From contig NIVC01000094.1 of NCBI GenBank assembly GCA_002269645.1, positions 682,001-746,000 of the forward strand: 64,000 nucleotides of DNA. Direction: 5' to 3'. The stretch's first letter is position 1. Each line of letters begins with the position of its first letter. Of this stretch, positions 1 through 11,206 are shown piece after piece. The DNA is from Macrostomum lignano. Lineage: Eukaryota. The notes beneath the pieces are model-generated. The model had not been told where the DNA came from. It did not search any database and was given only the letters and a program-made list of their open reading frames with translations. The translations under genes and the position numbers were made by a program.

Positions 1-470
1 TCCATCCGCTCTCTATCCGCTCTCCATCCGCTCTCTATCCGCTCTCCATCCGCTCTCTATCCGCTCTCCATCCGCTCTCTATCCGCTCTCCATCCGCTCT
101 CTATCCGCTCTCCATCCGCTCTCTATCCGCTCTCCATCCGCTCTCTATCCGCTCTCCATCCGCTCTCTATCCGCTCTCCATCCGCTCTCTATCCGCTCTC
201 CATCCGCTCTCTATCCGCTCTCCATCCGCTCTCTATCCAACCTATTTGCTCTCTATCCGCTCACTATCCGCTCACTATCCGCTCTCTATCCTCTATCCAT
301 CCGCTCTCCATCCGCTTTCCATCCGCTCTCCATCCGCTCTCCATCCGCTCTCCATCCGCTCTCCATCCGCTCTCCATCCGCTCTCCATCCGCTCTCCATC
401 TGCTCTCCGTCTGTTTTCTATCCGCTCTCCTTCCACTCTCGAATCTGATCTCCAACCGCTCTCCATCCGT
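1..470. repeat. 11-bp-based array (TCCATCCGCTC/TCTATCCGCTC, 22-bp dimer) in a RhoGEF intron
   Basis: Direct reading; runs off the window start. Confidence 0.95.
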
Positions 471-501
471 TCACCTTGGCGTCCTCGCCGCCCGCCCGCA
501 G

Positions 502-3500
502 GTTGTATTCCGAGAGCCCCTTCGCCGTCTGCCGCCCAGCGCCGCCATCTCGGCCGCCGAGATCGAAGCGCTGTTCCCTCAGCTGGACCTGCTGGAGCGC
601 CTGCACTCCGGCCTGCTGGCCGACCTGCGCCGCTGCGAGCCGCCGGCCGTCCTGACCAAAGCGACTCTGCCGCCAGCCGCCGACTGGGCCGGACTGGCCG
701 GCCTCGGGGCCGCCCTGCGCCGCCACCTGTCCGGACCGGCCGGTACTGATTGGCTAACGGCCTATGGCGGATTCTGCTTTGAGCACACCGTCACCCTGCA
801 GCCTGGGTTGGCCGCCCTCACAGCCAGGAGTGCCGGCTTCGCCAACGCGCTCAGAGACTGCGAGCGGAGTCCGCAGGCGGGGAGGAAAACCCTGCTGGTG
901 GGTTCTCGGGCTGTGAGGGAGGCGGGGCGGGGAGGTTTAGTGTAAATAATCGTTTTGAGTCGGTTTTTGTTGGTTTGAATCGGTTTCAGTCGATTTGAGT
1001 CGATTTGAGTTGATTTGAGTTGGTTTGAATTGGTTTGAGTTGGTTTGAATCGGTTTGAGTCGATTTGAGTCGATTTGAGTTGATTTGAGTTGGTTTGAAT
1101 TGGTTTGAGTTGGTTTGAGTCGATTTGAGTCGATTTGAGTTGGTTTGAGTCGTTTTGAATTGATTTGAGTTGGTTTGAGTCGGTTTAAATCGGTTTGAGT
1201 TGGTTTGAGTGGTTTGAGTCAGCTCGGACAGTTCAAGTGGCTCCCCTGTGAAGTCCTGCACTGTCAGCCAGCCGCTGCACCCGCCGCCACTGCCACCACC
1301 AGGATCACTACCTGACGGTCACCCAGCGGCTGTCCAAGTACAAGACGCTGCTGCCCCAGATAGCCGAGTGCTGCCAGCTGGTGGCTCCCGTAGATGCCGA
1401 CATGGCGGCGGCCTGCGCCGACCTGGACTCGCTGCTGCAGGCCGTCAACGACCAGGTTGAGCGGCGGCACAATGAGCACGTGCTCGGCCAGGTGGCGGCC
1501 AACTTCCAGCCCGACCAGGGCATCTCCGCCCAGCAGCACCTGGCCGGCAGGCGGCTCATCCACAGCGGTCGGCTGCAGGTCCGCCACCAGGAGGCCAAGG
1601 TGCCCGCCGTCGCCAGCTTCGGGTTGCTGCTGAACGACTCGCTGCTGCTCCTCCAGGAGCTCGCGGGCGGCCGGTTCGCCCCGCTGTCCGGCCCCGCCAT
1701 CGCCGGCTGCGCCTGCCTGCCGCTGATGCGATTCGCCGAGACCGACGCCATCGTCAGGGAAAACGAAGGCAGCAAGCCGACGTTTTTTATCGTGGTGAAG
1801 CGGCCGGAGCCCAAGCTGATCAGCGTGGCCTGCCTCAGCCAGGAGGACAGAGACAAGTGGCTGCGGCTGATTAACAAGGTGAGCTGGGAGAGGAGATACC
1901 CGGCTCGGTTTTCCACGCCATACCAGGAAACTGGGTTGATCTCGCGTGTAACCTGGCTGGTTAATCCGGGTGGTACCTGATTGATCCCGGTGATACCTGG
2001 TCTGGTTAATCTCTAATCCCAGGTGATATCTGGTTGATCCCGGTGATACCTGAATGATCCCGGTGGTACCTGATTGATCCCGGTGGTACCTGATCTTGCT
2101 AATCCCTAATCCCAGGTGATATCTGGTTAATCCCGGGTGATACCTGGTTTAGTTAATCGCAGATGATAACTGGTATGATTGATCCCGGTGATTCCTGGTT
2201 GATCCCGGTGATTCCTGGTTGATCCCGGTGATTCCTGGTTGATCCCGGTGATTCCTGGTTGATCCCGGTGATTCCTGGTTGATGCCGGTGATTCCTGGTT
2301 GATGCCGGTGATTCCTGGTTGATGCCGGTGATTCCTGGTTGATGCCGGGGATACCTGGTTGATCCCATGGGTTCAATGATCGCGGTAACACATGTTTCAC
2401 CCAACTCTCTCTCTCAAAATATTAACTGCACGCGCAGGTCCGGGACTCGAATCCGCACGCGGACGAGCGCGCCCAGGAGGCGGCACGTCGGCTCCGCCAG
2501 AAGTCGGCGGCCTCGGCAGACCTCCTGGCCAGCATGGAGCGCCGGGATCGAGAGCTGCAGGCCCTGCTGAACGAGAAGACTCAACTGTGGCACCAGCTGC
2601 TCCTGCTGTGGGGCTGCCAGAAGCAGCAGCAGCAACAGGAGAACTCAGTGGCCGACGTAGCAGCCGCCGCGGACCCGGATTGCCAGCCGGAGAGGCTCTG
2701 CCGCGAGGCCCTGTCCGAGCTCGGCCGCCTGCGCCGCTTCGTGCGCAGCTGCCAGGAGGTGTCCGGCTCCTTGGAGGACGCGGACGCCGAGGCGGACTCG
2801 GCCAGCCTGAAGCGCAGCTCCAGCAGCGCCGAGGAGAAATCGGCGGCCGCAATCAGCTTGCCGAAGCGGGCGGACACCTTCAGCGGCTACGACGCCGCAA
2901 TGACCCGCCGGCCGGCTAAACGGATGACCAGCTCGGCCGCAGGGACTCTGCCGCCCGGCGCCGTCCTCACTGCCGAACCGGCCGGCATTGCGCTGAGGGT
3001 GAGCGGCTCATCTCTTCTCAGCACTCCTCTCTTCTCAGCACTCCTCTCTTCTCAGCACTCCTCTCTTCTCAGCACTCCTCTCTTCTCAGCACTCCTCTCT
3101 TCTCAGCACTCCTCTCTTCTCAGCACTCCTCTCTTCTCAGCACTCCTCTCTTCTCAGCACTCCTCTCTTCTCAGCACTCCTCTCTTCTCAGCACTCCTCT
3201 CTTCTCAGCACTCCTCTCTTCTCAGCACTCCTCTCTTCTCAGCACTCCTCTCTTCTCAGCACTCCTCTCTTCTCAGCACTCCTCTCTTCTCAGCACTCCT
3301 CTCTTCTCAGCACTCCTCTCTTCTCAGCACTCCTCTCTTCTCAGCACTCCTCTCTTCTCAGCACTCCTCTCTTCTCAGCACTCCTCTCTTCTCAGCACTC
3401 CTCTCTTCTCAGCACTCCTCTCTTCTCAGCACTCCTCTCTTCTCAGCACTCCTCTCTTCTCAGCACTCCTCTCTTCTCAGCACTCCTCTCTTCTCAGCAC

Positions 3501-6500
3501 TCCTCTCTTCTCAGCACTCCTCTCTTCTCAGCACTCCTCTCTTCTCAGCACTCCTCTCTTCTCAGCACTCCTCTCTTCTCAGCACTCCTCTCTTCTCAGC
3601 ACTCCTCTCTTCTCAGCACTCCTCTCTTCTCAGCACTCCTCTCTTCTCAGCACTCCTCTCTTCTCAGCACTCCTCTCTTCTCAGCACTCCTCTTTGCCTC
3701 TCTTCTTCCTCCTCCCTCTCTCCCTCCCGCCTCTCCCTCTCTCCCTCTCCATCTCTCTATCTCTCCCCCTCTCTCCCTCTCCCTCTCCTTCACTTCCTCT
3801 CCCTCTCTCCCTCTCCTCCTCTCCCCTCTCCTCCTCTCCCTCTCTTCCTCTCTCCCTTTCTCCTTCATTCTATCCTTCTCCCTCTCTCTGCCTCTCTCCC
3901 TCTCTCTCCCTCCCTCTCTCTCTCCATCTCCCTCTCCCTTTCTCGATTTCCCTTCCTCAAATTGTCCCGGTGACTGGATTCGGTGGCTATTAGGCTCACA
4001 CTTAACCTGTCACTGTGCGAGTTTACAGTGCCAACGGCGGCGCGCGCACACAGTGCATTAATAATTAGCAGAGAGTTCATCACGGAGCACAAAATCTGAA
4101 ATGAATTCCAATTGCAGCGCAAGGCTCGCCAAAGTTCGATCTCGGCCTTCGTCACGCTTAGAAAGGTCTGACAGTCAGTAGGCATTTGCTGCTTATTAAC
4201 TAATCAGTAACTCGGTAATGATGATTGCTTCTTGTGCCTCTGCTCGGATTGCCAATACTGGATTTCTAGTCCGGAATGTACTTTACACTTTTTTTATTAA
4301 GTGTTCGCAGCTTCAGTTCTCACATGCAGCAGCTTCATCTCTGCCATGTAAATGCTTGCCTGCTCTATAGCTGTCGCAGAGGTAGATTAGAAAGCCTTCT
4401 ACGCTCGTAAATCACTAAAGGGCCCTGGACTCGAGTCAGTTCTTCGTCCTGAGGCTCGGATTCAATTAATTTAATTACATTTCTTTGCAGACTCCTTAAG
4501 CCTGCCTCCGGCTTCCAGCTGTTTCTGAGACTTAGTAGTAAGAGGCTTCGCTCTGATTCTCGATTAAAAAACTCATCCATCCGGCTTTCCCAGGTAAAAT
4601 ATCACAGAAACCCCAGTTAGCCGCAATGCAGGCCTGTGGCTTGCACCGCAATTGGCGCTCATGCGAGCCAAACCCTCCAGACACAAAGAAGGCCCAGCTC
4701 CTGTTTACTTGTCTGATAATGTACATATAGATAAGAAAATCGGGGCAGATGTACATTTATACCCCAACCCCCCTAATATGAGTACATCCTAGGGTGAGCG
4801 GAATGGGCTTTCTTTTTTTCCAGACAGTCTCGCGTACTCAGATAACGTATTTTATCTAGACTACATGTACATGCATTCACGCTAATTTTAACGACGTTTT
4901 TGGCACGAATTTAAACTGCTAAGCCAGGGGTTGGCAAACTCTTTATCTCCAGTAGAGAGTAGAAAATAGAGGAGAGAGGAGTAAGGAGAGGAAAGAGGAA
5001 AAAAGAGAGGAGAGGAGAGAGGAGAGGAGAGAGGAGAGAGGAGAGGAGAGAGAAGAGGAGAGAACATCGGAGATAAGAGAGAATAGGGCAGAGAGAAGAG
5101 GGGGGAGAGGAGATTAAACCTTGAGCGGGCCGGTTGCTATTGTGAAGTTTCAAAGGACCCGAGGGCCGGATAGAGAGCCTTGGCGCTTACCGAGTTTGCT
5201 GACCCCTGTACTAAAGCCTTTAGTAGTGAAAACTGTTTTACCCAAAAGAAAATGATTTATTCGTACGATTGTCTCTGTTTTTTACCAATGAAAAAGAATA
5301 TAAACGTCACTCAATTCTCTAGGCGAATTATCACATAAAAACGGTATAAATTCTGAAAATCTAAAATTTCCGGCTTTAAGACTGCCTTAATTACCAATAC
5401 TAATCTTTACCCTAACAATAATATACACATGCACACTGTATAAAACGACAGTTTTTAGCACGAATTCAAATCCCAAACCCTTTAGCTGATGAAAGTCACT
5501 TTTAAAGATCAAAATCGAAGAATTTTGCGATTAGCAGATAATCCGACTTTATCGCCACGGTCTTGCATGCCTCTGACTCGAACTGATGCTTCGGCTAAAA
5601 GTTTGAAAAACTGCAGCAGGCTGAGAGACCGGAGCCTGGCTTGCTCTGCTCTGCCCCACCTCTAGTCCGTGTGAACCAATTCTTTCGTATAGCTTCGCCT
5701 CTTGCAATTTTTGGACTAACCGCGAGAGATTTCTACAGTCAAACTCCTATATTTCTACTACCAGTAGCTGATCTCTCACACTCGAATTTCCAGGAAAAGG
5801 ACAAGGAGCCCAAGTCCCGCCGGCCGTCCATGTTCGAAATGTTCCGACGCCAGCGCGACCAGCCGACGCCGCCGCCGCCTCAGCCGGTGCTCAGCGAGGA
5901 CCCCGCCGACTCCGTCGTTGAGCCGGCGGCCTCCCCGATGACTCCGACGGTGCAGCTGCCCGATGCTGACGGCCTGGAGGCCATCGGCCGGCTGCAGGCT
6001 CTTGTCTCAGCCATGACCGCCGCCCTGCTGTCTGAGCGGTCCCGCCTGGCCGGCCGGGTGCAGACGGAGGCGGAGCTGCGCCAGGAGGTGCTCAGTCTGA
6101 AGAGCTCGCGGGAGCACGAGGCCTACCGGAGCCAGGACTGCATCTTGGAGACTGTGAGGCCTGATTTCTCCCATCTTTTATCTCCCAAGTACATTCTCTC
6201 ATCTTTCAGCAGCATCTCATTTCTTCCATCTCAACATCTCACATCTCTCACACCTCCCATCTCCCTTCTCCCATTTCTCATCTACAACCTTCTATCTCTC
6301 ATTATCTCATCTCCCATCATCCCACCACCTATCATCCCATCTCCCATCATCTCATCTCCCATCATCTCATCTCCCATGATCCCATCTCCCATCATCCCAG
6401 TATCCCATCTCTCCTCTCCTTGCAGCTCCCCAATCATGACTAGCCATCCCTTCCGCGCCCCCAGATTCGGCTGCAGCGGGCCCAGCTGGATCAGGAGCGC

Positions 6501-6767
6501 GCCAAATTCCGCGACGAGAGGCGTCGGGAGACCGCCAAGATTGATGTCCGGCGCGAGGACGCGGACAGGCGGGAGGAGAAGCTGCGCCTTCGCGAGGAGG
6601 AGCTCGAGCATGCGGAGGCCAGGCTCGATGAGGAGCGGCAGTTGTTGGCGCTGAAGGCGGAGCAGCTGCGGGCCCAGCAGAGTCAGCAGGAGGCAACCCA
6701 AAGCGGCGCACTTTCGCTGAAGTCTCGGGCGACTGCGGCAAAACGCAACGGGGAGACGCTGGAGTAG
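502..6767 (+). CDS. Lbc-family Rho guanine nucleotide exchange factor (ARHGEF2/ARHGEF18/ARHGEF28/AKAP13-like), DH-PH plus C-terminal coiled coil; 5'-partial
   Basis: Hand-spliced exons 502-897, 1303-1878, 2438-2998, 5794-6153 and 6465-6767 (TAG), all GT-AG and phase 0, about 731 aa visible. DH motifs EIEALFPQLDLLERLH...YGGFC and LTVTQRLSKYKTLL; PH domain LIHSGRL...LLLNDSLLLLQE...EDRDKWLRLI; family motif SLPKRADTFSGYD (cf. SLPRRAETFGGFD); RDRELQALLNEK coiled coil. The paralogue cannot be assigned and small extra exons in 2999-5793 cannot be excluded. Confidence 0.9.
950..1220. repeat. 10-bp array (GATTTGAGTC/GGTTTGAGTT), intronic
   Basis: Direct reading. Confidence 0.9.
1960..2365. repeat. 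20-bp minisatellite GATCCCGGTGATTCCTGGTT, intronic
   Basis: Direct reading; degenerate at the 5' side, homogeneous from about 2180. Confidence 0.9.
3010..3955. repeat. 17-bp minisatellite CAGCACTCCTCTCTTCT (about 40 copies) followed by CT-rich low complexity
   Basis: Direct reading; starts about 10 nt after the donor at 2999. Confidence 0.95.
4925..5208. mobile_element. Charlie/hAT-like non-autonomous DNA transposon relic with an internal AG-rich expansion
   Basis: Ends CAGGGGTTGGCAAACT ... AGTTTGCTGACCCCTG (16-bp TIR, 2 mismatches), with internal GGGCCGG motifs typical of Charlie-type MITEs. Flanks TGCTAAGC / TACTAAAG are only a degenerate 8-bp TSD. Confidence 0.65.
6170..6420. repeat. Degenerate CATCT/CCCATCAT low-complexity repeat, intronic
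   Basis: Direct reading. Confidence 0.75.
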
Positions 6768-6829
6768 GGATGTGTGCGGTTTGGGATCCCAGTGCCGCAC
6801 ATTAACTAGTTGGATTTCCTTTGTATTGA

Positions 6830-7196
6830 GATGGTTGGGTTTGGTAGGCGCCAAGATGGTCTGGGAAGCGCCAAGATGGTTTGGTAGGCGCCAAGATGGT
6901 CTGGGAAGCGCCAAGATGGTTTGGTAGGCGCCAAGATGGTTTGGTAGGCGCCAAGATGGTTTGGTAGGCGCCAAGATGGTTTGGTAGGCGCCAAGATGGT
7001 TTGGTAGGCGCCAAGATGGTTTGGTAGGCGCCAAGATGGTTTGGTAGGCGCCAAGATGGTTTGATAGGCGCCAAGATGGTTTGGTAGGCGCCAAGATGGT
7101 TTGGTAGGCGCCAAGATGGTTTGATAGGCGCCAAGATGGTTTGGTAGGCGCCAAGATGGTTTGGTAGGCGCCAAGATGGTTTGGTAGGCGCCAAGA
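6830..7196. repeat. 20-bp minisatellite GGTTTGGTAGGCGCCAAGAT downstream of the RhoGEF stop
   Basis: Direct reading, about 18 copies. Confidence 0.95.
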
Positions 7197-8323
7197 TAAA
7201 CGCGGTACTGGCTGGTTGGTCCCGTCTTTCCTTCAACTTTCTGATCCACAAACGAAATTGAATTGCCCAGTTTTCTCACAGCTACACTGATTTTCATCGA
7301 TTCAACTGATGCATAAATAAGCAATTGAATATTTTGTTATAATCTGAAGTACGTTTATTCATTTTAAGCATAATTTTCCCTGTATACTTACTGACCGACA
7401 ACGCGGAGTAGTGGGTTACGAGAGTGTACACTAAATGTCGCGGTCTTCAGTGAATTTTATATATTGGCTGCACTTTTTCCGGAATTAAAAAATACTGTCG
7501 TTTCCCGCGACTTGCTCATCGGCCAACCGCTGTCGCTATAGATAGTCTTTATTGCTATCCGATTTGTGCTGCTGTGCCATTGTTGTCCCATGAGTTCTGG
7601 AGGACAGAGAGCTGATCATCATTCGACTTGCATAAAAATGCTTAATTCTGGAGTTATAAAAAAATAATTCTTAACGCGCACTGCATGGTGATTCGAGAGT
7701 TTTTTCCATCATAAAAGTGCTGTGCTTTGAATGCAACTTTCGCGATTAGTCGGTCTGAAAGTTCAATATTTGCAATACATGTACATATGTATGTGCATGG
7801 GCGCCATATCTGACATTCAGAACTTTCCTAGATAACAAAAGCTCTTTGTTTATCTTCTCTTGCGTGACACGTCCGGTCGTAATGTTTTTGTTATAAATGG
7901 TTTGGGAAAATTTTCGGTTTTATCTGTCTTTTATTCGAATATTTCCCGGATATCACAATTCAGCTTCAATATTTTTCAGTTGCGCTATTTTGTCCCATTT
8001 TTTTGTTTTGAGTGCATGCCTCATATGCAATATCAGATCTCAACTCTCTGACTGGCTATAGCTATAGTAATGACAACATTTACATTTACTATACATGAAT
8101 CTGGGACCATCTAAAAAGTAAAAGAAATACACGATGTTTCCTGGAAATTATCGAAGGCTTACGCTTTCCGAACAATTAACATACAGTAGGTTACTAAATA
8201 AGGTTTAGTAAGTTTTCTTGTTTATTAATTTTTCTTTAGAAACATCAAAGCAGTCATGCATGTAATAACTACATGACAGGCAAACTTGCATTGTGTTTCG
8301 CCCCGAAATGTGATTGCTAAACC

Positions 8324-8380
8324 GTAACACCGGTCTAACGCGGCGCTCTGCTGCATCAGTGTCCCAAAGGCTCGATTCCA
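8324..8380 (+). mobile_element. Second, more decayed copy of the same tRNA-like SINE head
   Basis: GGTCTAACGCGGCGCTCTG...GGCTCGATTCCA aligns by eye with GGTCTAGCGCGGCCCTCTG...GGCTCGATTCCA of the 28.3-kb copy. Confidence 0.4.
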
Positions 8381-9239
8381 AGTGTGTAGTCACCAAGGAC
8401 CACTAGAAGTTACGGTAACTTCTAATGGTCTTTGAAGTCACATTAATTATCTGAGGCTAAATTGGAATCTCGGCTTGGGTCTGCTCGTGTATGCATGCCT
8501 AAACGATAAGCCAGCAGGGTCTGCTATTATGCAGTCTATTTTAGAATTGAGTTAGGAGGAATAGCGTACATAGCAGCAAAGAGGAACTAAATGTATACTG
8601 TACGTAGTTAATCGAGATGGCTAAGGGCTGCGCCACCAGGGGGGTATAATTAAAATGGCATGTTAAGTCGAGCAGCCACAAATGCCCATCCAAGCTAGCA
8701 CAACATAAGATAAATCAATTCACTGTATTCTACGAGCGTTTGAATGAGTGCATGATTTGCCAGCCTCTTAACATGCATTATATTTGTACAAAGGGAATGT
8801 GCATGTAACAGCAGTGTGGGCACCTACATATGTTCAGGTATACATATTAATCCCTTTGACAATCTAAATGAGAATTCGGACAATAAAATAAAGTGGGACG
8901 CCATAGACATTCAAGGCAGGCCACTGACTCGGGCTGCTTGGAAATGCGTACAAAAGGTCCATAGAATGTGGAATGGACAATCAAAATGGGAAAAATAAGC
9001 CATTCAAAACGGGAATTCGCCCAATTCAATGTATTCAATTCTTATATCACTGAAATATTTAAAAGTGAACAAAGTGTGTCCGTTACCGGAAGATTCTTGC
9101 AGCTCCTGTGATGGATGACCCTTGCTCAATCGCACCAATCAGCCGCTGGCGATCTGCTACAGGATTGTTGGTGGTGCCATTGAATAAGGTCGCTTTTAGG
9201 CCATAGACGAGAAAACAGGGGAGGGAGGCACAGAGTCCA

Positions 9240-10201
9240 GGGTCGTTTCACAAACCCTAATTTTCACAACGTCGAAACCAGAACCTTTCATAAGACCTAT
9301 ATTTCATAAACCCTAATTTTCACAACGTCGAAAATAAGCAATGCAGCAGATTTCACAAGACCTAAATTTCACAAGCCCTAAATTTCATAACACCTAAAAG
9401 GCATGCACAGAATTTCAAAAGCCCTAAATTTCACTATCTCTAAATTTCACAAACCCTAAATTTCACAAACCCTAAATATCACAACGTCGAAAATTAAATT
9501 TGCTTCTATTTTCAGAAGCTCTAAATTTCACAAGCTCTAAATTTCACAACGCCTAAAAACACTGGAACTACAATCTTTCACAAGACCTAAATTTCACAAC
9601 GCCTAACACTATGGAGATACAATCTTTCACAAGACCTAAATTTCACAACGCCTAAAAACACTATGGAGATACAATCTTTCACAAGACCTAAATTTCACAA
9701 CGTCTAAAAGCACGTCTGAGAGATTGTATCTCCATAGTGTTTTTAGACGTTGTGAAATTTAGAGCTTATGAAATTCTGTGCACAACTTTTCGACGTTGTG
9801 AAAATTAGGTCTTATGAAAAGTATGGCTTGTGAAATTTAGGGCTTGTAAAATTTATAGTTTATGCAGTCTGATGCAAGTTTTGTTTTCGACGTTGTGAAA
9901 ATTAGAGCTTGTGAAATTTAGAGCTTATGAAATACTGTGCACAACTTTTCGACGTTGTGAAAATTAGGTCTTATGAAAAGTATGGCTTGTGAAATTTAGG
10001 GCTTGTAAAATTTATAGTTTATGCAGTCTGATGCAAGTTTTGTTTTCGACGTTGTGAAATTTAGAGCTTGTGAAATTTAGAGCTTATGAAATACTGTGCA
10101 CAACTTTTCGACGATGTGAAAATTAGGGTTTATGAAATTTAGAGCTTATGAAAGTTTGTGTCTTGTGACGTTGTGAAATTTAGGGCTTGTGAAAGCGACC
10201 C
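9240..10201. mobile_element. Foldback-type DNA transposon with internally repetitive long inverted arms
   Basis: Left end GGGTCGTTTCACAAACCCTAATTTTCACAACGTC; right end reverse-complements to GGGTCGCTTTCACAAGCCCTAAATTTCACAACGTC. Arms are built of AAATTTCACAA/TTTCATAA modules and the central loop is only ~40 nt (about 9678-9720). Flanks are CAGAGTCCA / CAGAGTCCG (8 of 9 identical). No coding capacity. Confidence 0.85.
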
Positions 10202-11206
10202 CAGAGTCCGACTCCCGTTTTCAATGGCTTTTCCCATATTGAATGTCCAAAGTTGTAGTAGTTTACGGTCAAAACGCCTCCCCTCAGTAGACTTTGCTAA
10301 ACCCATGTCTAGGCCTGGCTTGGCTTGATCTGTCGCCTGGCCTTAACCTGTCTATGGCGTCCCGTTTTAATTTGATTGTCCGAATTCCCATTTGCATCGT
10401 CAAAAGCGCCCGATACATGCATGCATACATGTACGTTTATGTTCTCGGCCCCTGCATATGTTTTAATCCATATACATGCAGTCATCGCTATAACTGTACC
10501 TGCAGATGTAATCATTTCTCTACACTGCATCAACAATTATTACAAAAATTTCTCTAATCGATGTCACATAGATAGACACAGACAAACCATTTTTGTATAA
10601 TATGGATTTTTCATAGTAGACTATTCGTACGATAGTTCCTCCATATACTATATAAGTAAAAATGGATTCACTGAAACAAAAGTTATTACAATTATATGTA
10701 GAAATCCTTGAAGCCAAGCTTGTCTGAAGGTTAGTTTGTTAAACGCTAAAGGTTAACTACAGTTTCCCAAAATAATTATTAACAATTGTAAAATCGTATG
10801 CCAAAAATTGTTGCTGAAAATTGCTGGAGTTTTTTGTCTGGACAGGGGCAGAATATTGGAGCCAAATATATGCCAGAAATCTTATTAGTTAAAACGCTGA
10901 GTTTATTAGAATATTTGTTGTGATAAAATTTAAACAGTGAAACGCATGCAAGTCTATTATCAGCTATAATTCAATTGGCAATTGCATGTTTGGTCAGGTC
11001 AGTGAATAACTATACATGTCACACTGTCGAGTGTCAACAAGCGCGAATTAATTGACTAATTGCTTGGTAGTCTAAATTTTGAATTCGCTTTTTCCTGGAT
11101 TTCTTGTTGCTACCCGATTGTATTAATATTATATTCGCATTGTTGCTTTATTAGACTAGGCAGCACCGCGGCAGTTGGCTTAGTGATATTGTATTTTCTT
11201 GTTCAG

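Noticed and set aside
8628-8645. CTCF-like motif GCGCCACCAGGGGGTA
   Set aside because: A single imperfect match with no supporting context, and CTCF is reported to be missing in flatworms if that assignment is right.
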